DNA of 64,000 bases from Selaginella moellendorffii (Eukaryota > Plantae > Lycopodiophyta), in NCBI RefSeq assembly GCF_000143415.4, contig NW_003314282.1, forward strand, positions 1,631,374 to 1,695,373, in the 5' to 3' direction. The notes under the pieces are model-generated. The model was not told the DNA's origin and searched no databases. It was given only the letters and a program-made list of their open reading frames with translations. Both the position numbers and the translations under genes were made by a program. Positions 1-10,924 of the stretch are shown in pieces. Position 1 is the stretch's first letter, and each line of letters begins with the position of its first letter.

Positions 1-157
1 CAGTCTGGACATAAGGTCACCGTGCTAGTCACCATGCCCCAGATATGTCTAGCCCCTGGACAAAAAACATATAATTTCACGTCATTTTCAAATACTTGAA
101 AATTTGTACCTAGTCCCATTTTACTGAATAAATCCCACTTTAACGAAATAGAGCTTT

Positions 158-280
158 GAAAGCCCAAAGCATGCGTCTCCCAAGGAGGGGGGGGGGGGGT
201 TGCAGGGGGTTCCAAAAGTATAGTAGGGATAGTGAGGTCTAGGAACCAGTCTTAAAGGAACTCTCTAGTGGTGCTTCCAA
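158..280 (+). mobile_element. Fragment of family-B LTR (G-rich promoter cassette)
   Basis: GAAAGCCCAAAGCATG...poly-G...GGTTCCAAAAGTATAGTAGGGATAGTGAGGTC...AAGGAACTCTCTA is the reverse complement of about 1530-1655 in the LTR at 878-1979. Confidence 0.75.
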
Positions 281-339
281 GTATGGTTTATTATCTACTA
301 AGTATGGTTTTGCACATGGGACCTTCTCCGAGCCTGGTA

Positions 340-818
340 ACCGCAACGTTGGAAGTAGTCCTCCATATCATAAAACCAATCCTCCACCACCTTATAGTCA
401 TTCACTCCCTTGAAGACCAGTGGGGGCTTTGGTTTGTACTTGGGAACTGCTTGAGGGACTGATTCCACTTCGGTCTATTTGACATTTTTTAGTTCTGCCT
501 CAATCTCTACCGAAGGGTCCGCACCTTCTGCACTGCTAGCATCTGCAGTCTCTTTTTTTTCTTCCGCTTCTCTTCACACTTTAGCTTGTATATGAAAGTC
601 TCCAACAAAGCATTGGTCTATGCCAATTGTCCTTCTAGAATGTCCAATTGAGCCTTGGACGACCGAACCTCACCACCGGACTTCTATTTGAAAGTTTCCT
701 CACTGGAGTCCTCTTCATGCAAGGATTCCTCATCCATAGCCTCTTGTTCAACCAGAGGCTCCAACTCTAAAGGAGGTTCTTTCTCTGCCTTGGTTCGTTT
801 ATGCCCTACTTTTGCCAT
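340..818 (-). pseudogene. Degenerate Ty3/gypsy gag (5' part)
   Basis: ATG at 818 just downstream of the PBS gives MAKVGHKRTKAEKE.... After stops and a frameshift it reads KPKPPLVFKGVNDYKVVEDWFYDMEDYF, homologous to KPLKPPNFRGMRDYQVLEDWVYDMENYF in the gag at 4706. Confidence 0.75.
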
Positions 819-877
819 CTCCTAGCAATCTGTCTCTATCCTTCGCTAGAACTGAGGAAAAGGCTTTAATACCAAAT

Positions 878-1979
878 TGTAAGCCACAAATTTTTCCTTT
901 CCAATTTGCCAGCTTACCTCATTTATCCGTCCAACACTGCCTTGGCCTTTGTTAAGTTCGCTTACCAAGGTTCCTACCTATTGTACCAACTCCTACTTGG
1001 TTCTACTTGGTTTCAACTACTCACTGCACGAGCAATAAAATGTTAACCATCCATCCACGGATTCCCAAGTCTCTCTCAATCCCCCTCCCCAGGTTAGACT
1101 AGACTTAATGTTTGGCTACACTCCCCGCAAGCACAAGTAGCCAAGCACACCAAGCCTCCAGGTTCTTAACATCCGTTGATATAACAAAGCTTGACCATGG
1201 GACCCTCTAAATCCCAAGCCTTAGGTGCAACACTTGCTCCGGGATGCCAAGGGGAAACACTATGGCCTAACGGCCCGGTATGGGTACTTTTATCCCCCCA
1301 CTTGCATCTCAAAGGAAAGGCCTAAGCCTTTAGGAAGGGCAAGGACTAATGAGCCGCAAGGTACTCAAGTGGGGCACCTCCACATAAGCTAGGAGCACCG
1401 CAATTGATTTCCCTTATGGGAGTGGGAGTTGCTCTTGAGCACTTCCTTGGGTGGCCCCTCCAGCACCACCCGAGTCCATACTCACTCCCACCCAAGGCCC
1501 CTTGGCCCTAATCTCAACCTCAAGTCAGTTTGGAAACACCATTAGAGAGTTCCTTCAAGACTGGTTCTTGGACCTCACTATCCCTACTGCTATACTTTTG
1601 GAACCCTCTTCAACCCCCCCCCCCTTAGGGAGATACATGCTTTGGGCTTTCACCCCTCGACTTGTATTAGTACTTAGACTCAGTCTCGGACTCGGTCTTG
1701 GACTCGACCTCGGACTCGGTCTCAGACTCGATCTCAGACTTGACCTCGGACTCGGTCTTAGACCCGATCTCGGATCTTGGACTCTGTCTCGAACTCGGTC
1801 TCGAACTCAATCTCGAAGTCGGCCTCGGACTCAATCCCGGACTCTATCTCAAACTCAGTTTCAGAGTCGGTCTTGGACTCGATCTCAGACTCGGTCCCAT
1901 CCGATGAACTCTTTATCATTTCGGTCGTGCTTTCAGGGATCCTTTAGCCTATGACACCTCGGGGAGTTGGTTCCTTACA
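878..1979 (-). mobile_element. 5' LTR (family B) of a gypsy element, followed by a tRNA-Met PBS (862-876)
   Basis: Minus-strand termini TGTAAGGAACCAA...GGCTTACA. Next come A-TTTGGTATTAAAGCC (degenerate TGGTATCAGAGC) and gag. Confidence 0.8.
1676..1895. repeat. Degenerate 6/12-bp tandem array (GACTCG/GTCTCG) inside LTR B
   Basis: Directly visible run of ctcggactcggtct-type units. A related array lies in the opposite orientation at about 27040-27160. Confidence 0.85.
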
Positions 1980-2710
1980 AACATACTGGTGGCCTAACGC
2001 GAGGATATAAGTACTCCATCAACTAGCATGGTGTGGAACTTGAGCTTAGACCCAAGGTAGACGCAAAATAAACACATGCACGCAAGCGGGAGCTAAATTA
2101 TGCATTAGGTTGGTCAACCATGCCCAACCTACCCACTATCCCTACTATATATTACCCACTACACCCCCGCCCCCCCAAGGAATACACACTTTAGCCATCT
2201 TTAGTACCAGAAGATTAACTCGAAACTTACTAAATATGGGGAATGGCACTAGATTGTGAATTTGGACATGGGACTAACACTATTGTGTTCAAGACAATCT
2301 CTAATTCCATAAATATGCTAAATTAGCAAATCTAGACACTTTCCATAAATAGGAATTAGGACCAAATGGAACTAACACAAGGTGCATGATAGCAAGGGTG
2401 TTTAGCAAACATAGTAACCTATCATTTTGCAAATATTGAAGGACCAAACTCGTTCCTAACACTAGCAAGTGCAAGTCAATGAATGAGTTTTTCTAACCAG
2501 GTCAAGTATACTTGATTGATAGCACTTAGAAATTCTGTCCTTATACACATTTGGTCAAGTGCACATGTAAAGATCAGTTTCTCAATTGGTTTAGGTGGAG
2601 ATTGAAAAAGGGACCAGCAATACCGACCTCCTATCATCATGGCAATAAAAAAAGAATATCCAAAAGGACTAGCCGACACATAATTTTTAATACCTACAGT
2701 CATATTTGGG
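1980..2710 (-). mobile_element. Truncated family-A LTR (inverted copy)
   Basis: Reverse complement of most of the LTR at 31322-32466, e.g. ggcctaacgcgaggatat versus atatcctcgcgttaggcc. Confidence 0.8.
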
Positions 2711-2714
2711 ATAA

Positions 2715-2859
2715 TAAGGGTTCAAATATAAAGAAAAAGCCCATGAATAAGAGTGCATCCCTTTTTTTAATTGGTTAAGGGTCTTAGGATACTTAGGGTT
2801 AAGCATCCTTAAGACTGGGTTGGGTGACCTTTCAGGAAATCTAAAGTCAAGAGCTTACA
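2715..2859 (+). mobile_element. Partial Cassandra-type LTR
   Basis: GGGTTCAAATATA...GCCCATGAATAAGAGTGCA...GGTTAAGCATCC...GGTTGGGTGACC...GAGCTTACA matches the TRIM LTR at 44065-44259. Confidence 0.75.
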
Positions 2860-3678
2860 CCAAGGCCTTGAAACTCAAGTTTTACTTCACTATCCTTAAA
2901 CATTTGACATATGGCATATGGCATATGGTATGTGACATGTGGCACATAGATGGTTTAGGTTTTACTTCAGGCATTTTGGTTCATTAACTTTGATATTGAA
3001 GTTAATATTTGCATTTGGCAATCATTGGTGATGATTGGCTGTCATATAAAATAGTTGATTATTTTTATCAAAGGTTTTGCTTGATTATTGTTGATCTAAA
3101 ATGATTTGCCATTCTTCAAGATGGCAGATTCCTTCTTTGACAATGATTATGTATCTCTTCATTGATAGGATGATTGATGATCTTTTATAATAGTTAGTTA
3201 TTTTCTTTTATAGCTTATGGCTTTTCGCATTACCATATATTCTTTATAATATGTTTTGGATTGGTCTCTTAGGTTTAAGATATTGATAGGATGTTGCCAA
3301 CGCTTGCTTAAGCAACTTAAGTTCCTTTGTATTATTAACTGATATTTATTTAAATTAGTTAGTGTGATAGTTGGTATGAATGCTATATTTGTTAGTTTTG
3401 CAACATTCATTCTATTCTGTTGATTGTTGTTATAGTTGGTTCTGATAGATTGGATGTTATTTCCTTTAAGTGATACATTCACAAGGGTTTTGTTTGCTAG
3501 TCAATGATACTTTGTGTTCTTTGAGTTATCTTATGTAAGTTGTGTAGTATGTTATTTGAAACCTTTGGTAGTTAAGTTTTATCCTTAAGTTTCTTGATGA
3601 TACAATAGTTATTAAATTTTGTTGGATAGTGAATCCTATGTTTTCCAATTATCATGATCTTGGTGATTCCTATACTAT
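2860..3678 (+). mobile_element. Family-A LTR 3' remnant plus an internal fragment of the non-coding LARD-like element
   Basis: 2860-2970 resembles the family-A LTR 3' part. 2970-3678 is colinear with about 36095-36800. Confidence 0.75.
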
Positions 3679-4533
3679 TGTCGCGATTAAAAGATATTGA
3701 AAGATATTGATAGATATTGAAGATATTTGTCGGCCAGTCCTTACAGACACTCTTTCCTTACTACTATGACGGCAGGAGGTCGATACAGTTGGATCCCTTT
3801 GGTAGCCCCTCTTGTGCTAGTGGAGTTAACTGGGCATTTCGAGTGTACTTAGACCAGATGAGCATAAGGATGGAATTCTTACATGCTATTAGCTAAGCAT
3901 GCTTAGCCTGGTAAGGAGTTCCCGTCTCGTTTTGTTTTGCACTTACTAGTGACAAGAATGCCCTTTGTGTTAGTCTCATTTTAGTCCCAAATTATATTTA
4001 TGGAAAGTGTCTAAATTTGCTCATTTGGCATATCTACAAAATGTAGAGGTCTGCCTGAACACAATGGTGTTCGTCCCGTGTCCAAATTCACAATCTATGG
4101 ACATTCCATATTTAATAAGTTTTGAGCTTGTCCTAGAGACTAACTCCTGATACTAAGGGAGGCTTGGGGTGAAAGCCCAATGCGTGTGTTCCTCAAGGGG
4201 GGGGATACAGGGGGTTCCAAATGTATAGTAGGGATAATGGTTAGAATGTATGTCCGACCACCTGAGACATTAGTTTGGCTCCCACTTGGGTGTGTCACTC
4301 CTTGTTCTATGTCCAGCTTGGGTCTAAGCCCAAGCTCCACGCTGCTCTAGTTGGTGCGGTACACTCCTCCTCGCGTTAGGCCACCGGTATACCAAAATTG
4401 TGCCAGATTCTGTTTGACACCATTTTGTGTGCAGGTGCTAAATACGGGAAGCTGGTGCTCGTGGGATTGTACCGGACCCTCATTTCGTAGTGCAACGGAC
4501 TTGGAGTTTGGCTCCAAATTCAGATGTGCTATA
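3679..4533 (+). mobile_element. 5' LTR (family A2) with tRNA-Met PBS at 4534-4546
   Basis: Starts TGTCGCGA, contains a short AAGATATTGA tandem, and ends GTGCTATA followed by TTTGGTATTAGAG. It is colinear with the solo LTR at 50122-51031. Confidence 0.8.
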
Positions 4534-4705
4534 TTTGGTATTAGAGGAATTGTTTTAGCGATTCCTATCCAACTTTTGTCTGATTTTCTAACTCAAGTTG
4601 CATTCGCAGAGACTTTTCTAGTAGATCCGAGTGACCTATATAGGATTAGGTTGATTGCACCATTTGGTAAGAACGTTGTAAGCATGTTCAGTTATTGATA
4701 AAGAC

Positions 4706-7700
4706 ATGCATGCAGCTAGCGAGATGGTGAAAAGGAACCATGCTGATGATGCTAAAACCTCTAGACAGGCAAATCAAGAAGAGGAAACTCCTGCTAGAGA
4801 TGCTATGGAAGAGGCTGAGGCCAAGTCAGAAGAGGAAGAGCCAAATGCTGCGGCGTTGCAACGTACGGCTCAGGAAGTCGAGATCGAGAATTTGCGAAGG
4901 GAGATTCACAAATTCAAGAAGGAGAACAAGAAGAGGAAGAAAGAAGCTAAGGCAGTTAAACCAGCTAAGCCTAAGCAACCAGACTCCTCTTCAAGTTCTG
5001 CAGTCACACGAGTTTCAATGTTCAAGCCTCTGAAACCACCCAACTTCAGAGGCATGCGAGACTATCAAGTTTTAGAAGACTGGGTCTACGATATGGAAAA
5101 TTATTTCATAGCAGTAGATGTAGATGATCGTACGAAAGTTGTGTGCGTGCAATCCTTTCTCACCGATCATGCCAAAACTTGGTGGCGCCAGGTGTGTGCT
5201 GAAAAAGGGCAGACTAGAAGTTCGACCAAGATATGGTCTCGTATCCATAAGAAATACTTGCCGGATGATCTTGGTTTGAGACTTCGTGCGAAGCTACAAC
5301 GGTTAAAGCAGCGAGGGGACCTCATGCATTACGTTAATGTGTTTGCTCAAAAGCTCATTATGATTGCAAATATGAGTGACGAAGATGCTCAGAATTATTT
5401 CCTGAAGGGTTTAAGTTCACTTTGTCATAATGAGATTTTGAAGTTTAAGCCGAAGACGTACCTGGAGTGTAAGGAGGCAGCACAGCAAGTTGCCTTTAGC
5501 CATTCACTCATGGAACAATATCAGCATCCATATACTGGTACCTCGGACAAGAATAAGAATTCTAGGAATAAACAAGGTGATCAGAAATAGAGGGTGGAAG
5601 GCAAGTTCCACTCTGGGGGCTCACAAACAATGGTTAACAAAGGTGGTGGTGGTGATTGGAGACCACCAGCATCTTCTTCTGGTCCTAGGCCCTCTGTTCC
5701 TCCTCCTAGTAGGTACAAGCTGTAATAACCTGCAAAACCTGCCTCCTAGTGGAAAGGGTAGTATGGGTCATTGCTTCCATTGTGGAGAGCCAAGACATAA
5801 GTCTTTGGAATGTCCTAACAAGCATAAGACAAGGTCTCGTATTAATGTTATGAGGGAAGACAGTGGTGGTGAAGCTGAAGGGGTTGACGAGTTGGTCAAT
5901 ATAGACTATGAGGAAGAAAAGGTGAGTTACTTTCGTTGCTTTCCTCAAGCTTTTCTCGCAATCAATGCAAACACTGATCCGTTGATGTATCTGGTAGGCT
6001 TTGTCCATGGACACTGAATCCGAATGATGATTGACACGGGAGCTACCCATAGTGTGATATCCGAATACTTAGTTAAGTTGTTAGGATTGAATGCTGAGAA
6101 AATGTCGCCTATGCACTTCTGATTTGCGGAAGGTGGGCAAGTAGCCAGAAAATTTGTGAGTGATATTCCAATAAAAATATCCAAGTGGAAAGAAAGAGTG
6201 GACTTGGTAATGTTGAAGATACCAGATTTTCAAATGGTGTTTGGTATGGACTTCTTCAATAAATATATAAAAGGGATTTATGGTGTTGGACAAAGTCATA
6301 TCATGTTGAAGTCCGAAGAACGTCCCAATGTGTCCTTCTGGTTCCAAAAGCATTCCCAAAAGATTGGGATGCAAAGTTCCTAATTGCGAGGGCCGCTCAA
6401 AAAGTAGCTAAGAGGGGATGTTAGACCTTTTGGGTTCAAGTAATGGAGGCTGAGGGTGTTGGTGACTCAATTCAAATCGGCGACGGGGTTGATCATGTAC
6501 CAAAGAAGATATTGGAGTTGTTGGCGAAGAATCGGGATATCTTCCCAAAGGATTTACCACCAGGGCTACCTCCTAACTGTGAGGTTGATCATCGGATTGA
6601 GGTTATTCTGAGTTCTAAACCACCTATGAAAGCTCTGTATTGATTGAACATCAAGGAGATGGTTGAACTCAAGAAGAGCAAGTCATCTTATGGAGCGCCG
6701 GTCCTTTTTGTTATGAAAAAGGATGGAACCATGAGGATGTGTATTGACTATCGGGCACTCAACAAGATCACGATTAAAAATAGTTATCCTTTGCCACGCA
6801 TTGATGACTTGTTTGACTAACTCTTAAAGGCTAAGTATTTTACGCAACTTGATTTGCAATCCAGGTATCATCAGATACAGGTGGCAGATTAGGATGTGGA
6901 GAAGACAGCATTTAAGACACAATACGGATCTTATGAGTTCCTTGTCATGCCATTCGGGTTATGCAATGCTCCAGCAACGTTCAACACTATGATGGATAGA
7001 ATATTTGGAGATTATTTGGATCCATTTGTTGTCTTGTATATTGACGATGTTTTAGTCTTTAGTGAAACGTTGGAGGATCATTTGAAACACTTGGAGCTGG
7101 TGTTTTAGAAGTTGCACAAACACAAACTATATGCTAAGGAAAGTAAATGCGCTTTTAGTCAATTGCGCGTAGACTTTCTCAGACATATAGTTGGTGGTGG
7201 CATGATTGAAGTTGATCCAAAGAAGGTGGAAGCGGTGAAGTCTTGGGAAGTTTCGACCACTGTATCAGATGTTCGTTCCTTTCTTGGATTGGTGGGATAT
7301 TGTTGCAAGTTTGTCCACAATTTTGCAAGAATTGCTCTTCTGTTAACTGAGTTGACAAAGAGTAGTATTCTATTTCATTGGACACCAGCTTGTTAGCGTG
7401 CTTTTGTACAGTTGAAGGAGATCTTGACTACGTTTCCTGTTCTTAGGATCCCAGATCTTGAGAAACCCTTCAAAGTGCATTATGATGCATCGGGTTATGC
7501 TATTGGTGCTGTGTTGCAGCAAGATTGTGACAAAGCGGCTGGTGTTACGCTAAGGCGATATGGTTGTCCCGTTGCGTTCTATTCCAAGAAATTGGATGAA
7601 ACTCAACGAAGATGGCCAACACATGAGAAAGAGATGTTTGCTATAGTGTCGGCCCTGGAACACTGGAGACACTACTTGGGTGGAAACACCAAGGTTTATA

Positions 7701-8720
7701 TAGATAGTAACACATTGAGCTACTTTACTACGCAGCCTAAGCTTATGCCAAAGCAGGCTCGTTGGCAAGAGAAGCTTGCTAGATATATGATTGAAATCAT
7801 ATAAAAACTTGGTAAAGACAATATTGTTCCGGATGCATTGAGTCGTCAAGTTTAGTTCCGGGCAATATCGACAGTCAGTTCAGACTGGTTAGAGGATGTT
7901 CGGGCTTCATATGGAAGTGATCCATTAACGAAGGCAATCTTACATCGTGCGGAGTTGTCAAAGCAGGATGCTGGTAGCGAAGCGGCAAAAGTTGCTAATC
8001 GAACTAATGTGAAGCTTCACTTCTCAGTTCGGGATGGGCTTATATTTTATAAGCTAGAAAGATTGTATCTTCCCTCTAAGGATCTGCAGCAGTTGTTTCT
8101 AAAGGAACATCATGATGTTCCAGCAGTGGGACATGGTGGGAAGCGAAAGACTCTAACTTCATTGAAAAAGTGATTTTTCTAATCTAATATGGAAGGTGAT
8201 GTAGCGGACTATGTCTGTTCCTGCCCTGAAATGCCAGAAATGTAAGCGCAAAACTGAGAAGCAGGCTGGAAAGTTGCAATGCATTCCAGCACCATGGCTA
8301 TTTGAAAGTGTGACACTTGAATTTGTCACTTGTTTGCCGAAATCTAAGGGTTATGATACTTTGATGGTGGTTGTGGATAAGTTGTCAAAGATTGCACACT
8401 TCATTCTAACTGTGGGAATAGTGAATGCAAAACAAGTAGCAAAGCTCTTTTTCCATGAAGTAGTGTGGGTTTGTGGTCTTCCCAAAGAGATGATCTCAAA
8501 TAGAGATTCAAGATTTACGGGGAATTTTTGGAGCACACTGTTCCAGCTGTTTGGTACCAAGCTGAAATTTAGTATGGCTTATCACCCTCAAACTGATGGC
8601 AGACCGAATGCATGAATGCTCAAGTTAAGGATTAACTGCGGTACTATGTCGCGGCAAACCAACACGATTGGGTTGAGCATTTAGACACAGCAAAAATTTG
8701 TTATAACAACACATTTCACA
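4706..8720 (+). pseudogene. Ty3/gypsy (chromovirus-like) gag-pol with multiple stops: gag, CCHC knuckle, protease, RT, RNase H, integrase
   Basis: Gag ORF 4706-5590. Motifs in gypsy order: CFHCGEPRHKSLEC; DTGATHS; [17 protein letters not shown] and YIDDVL; YDASGYAIGAVL and EHWRHYL; HHDVPAVGH...CPKC; RDSRFTGNFW and YHPQTDG. Confidence 0.93.
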
Positions 8721-8729
8721 GCACAAGCT

Positions 8730-9035
8730 TCAACACTGTACTACCCTCAAGGCAACAGTTAAGCAAAGTCTACAAACAAGACACTCAAAAACATCCTCAT
8801 GAAAATTGTGAAAATAAATCAGAAAAACTAGGACGATCACATCTACAAGGCCCTGTAGGCATATCGACCCGCATATAAGGTTTCAACAAATTCAACACTA
8901 TTCAAGCTCACCTACGGCCTTGAAGCTTTGACACCACTTGAGTACATTGTTCTATCACTATGAATGGCAATACAATACGAAATCAACTAAGAAGAATCGA
9001 TCAAAAGAAAACTAGCCATGCTAGAACAACTTATT
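8730..9035 (+). pseudogene. Integrase C-terminal fragment of a different (Tat/Athila-like) gypsy element
   Basis: Reads YYPQGNS*AKSTNKTLKNIL...KAL*AYR...LFKLTYGLEA, similar to the integrase at 46241-46840. Confidence 0.6.
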
Positions 9036-9049
9036 GCTAGTTGAGATCC

Positions 9050-10880
9050 TTTGACTATCTCATTTTGAAGCTTTGGAATGCTTAAGGAGTCTTTTCTAAC
9101 TCAGCAAAGATGTTGCTTCATATGATAGCCGAGGCTGACTATTATCACAGTTCTTTTGATAGAGTTATGCAATCTCATATGCGAGGCACTACTTTGATGA
9201 TGTCCTATGACTAAGGAGGAACATGAGATGTATATGTGAGGCAAATTTTGCCACTATTGAGGGAGAACAAGCTGTATTCTAAACTGTCAAAGCGTGAGTT
9301 CTTCTTGGAGGAGATCACCTATCTCGGACATGTGGTGCCACGAGATGGTGTGTGGGAAGATCCTCAAAAGACTCAGATAGTCGTTGACTAGCTTGTTCCC
9401 CCACTGTGCATGGGTTTCCTTGGTATGGTGGGAGTCTTTTGCCGGTTTGTGAAGGACTTCTCCTTGATTGCTGCTCCTTTGATGGATATTCTTTGAAACA
9501 CCACCAAGCATGCTAAATTGGCGTGGGGTGAAAGTGTCAAGAAGCGTTTGAGCAGTTAAAGCAATCATGTATATTCTACAGATATTTGCTTGTGATAAGC
9601 CACTTGTGGTAGAAGGCTAAGGCTCACACTATGGAGTCTATGCATTCAGAGGGTATGGCTTATGAGTCCTTTTCTCTTTCTGATCCTAGTGAGGCCATGG
9701 GTGTCAGTGTGGACCAAGGAGAGAATGTATCTACTCATGTTCTAGCTGACACTGCTGTCACTAAGATTTCTGAAGGAGTGAAGAAGAATTGCATCAACTC
9801 ATCTGAGCTGTACGGTTGTTTGTGCAATGAGTTGTGCATAGCCAAATGCTCAATGTCCTCTTTGACTCTGGTGCTACACATACTTTCATTAACAAGGTGA
9901 GTGATGAGGGTATAGGAGCTGTCTTGGTGCAAGACTGCTGTCCTATTGCCTACATAAGCCACAAGTTTGACACAACTTAGCTGAACTGCCAACTCGGGAT
10001 AGGAAGTTGTATGTTGTAGTTGTTGCGGTCAAAGAGTGGAGGCATTATCTGTACGCACGTTCACTTTGGAGTTCTGGTAGATGGTGTTCCAGAAGCTTGA
10101 GACAAAGCTGAGCATGAGCATCCATAGTCAGATGGACAAACAAAACAAGTTAATTAGGTGCTGGAAGAGATGCTGAGATCATTTGTTGGTCATCTGAAAA
10201 GGCAAGGTATTGGGAGAAGTACCTGCCTTTGTTAGAGTTTGCCCATAACTGTGCCTTCCATTTGGCTATTGAGATGGCTCCGTTTATGGCAATGTATGGC
10301 TTTCAACCTTGGTCCCCTGTTCGTATGAACTTGGCTGCACCAGGCAAAGGAGTTGGCTGATGAGCATCGTCAGCACAAGCAGTTTCAGGTTGGAGACAAG
10401 GTTTTCCTTCGGTTGTCTGAAGCTCAGTGAGCTCTTCAAGGTGGAGGTAGTTCTAAGTTGTCACCACAGTACTGTGGGCCTTGGATTATTCTCAAACGAG
10501 TTGGAGACCTTGCCTATCAACTAGACTTGCCTAGTGGTGTGAAGATTCATCCCGTCTTCTATGTAGGAAGTTGAAGGCATGTTTGCATTCTGGTAATATC
10601 TTGGACCAGTCTGTAATCAAGATTCCAGAGATAGATGTTTGAAGGTTGGCCCTACTTGTGTGTTATTGCAACAGCTAGCGTGCACACATCGTAAGACTTG
10701 GAGAGAGTTACTTGTTCAGTGAAATGGTTATTTTCCATATGATGCTACATGGGAAGCTGAGGATGATGTTGTTTCCTAATTTTGAGTATGACTTGGATGA
10801 CATTCCAGAGGAAGAGGAGAAGTAGTCACTTGCTCCTATCCTTTCTTTCTTTTCTGACCCCGTTGATGGCTGGAGGTGTT
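9050..10880 (+). pseudogene. Heavily degraded gypsy pol (RT end, RNase H, integrase, chromodomain)
   Basis: Remnants AVKEWRHYL; WEKYLPLLEFAHN; KLSPQYCGPW...VGDLAYQLDLPSGVKIHPVF; chromodomain-like LLVQ*NGYFPYDATWE. Confidence 0.7.
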
Positions 10881-10924
10881 GTGTCACGTGAGACAGTTAG
10901 TGGTTTTGTTAGCGGGATGCTTTG

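Noticed and set aside
1451-1954. 167-aa ORF with LG/RS repeats
   Set aside because: Translation of the 6/12-bp tandem array inside an LTR.
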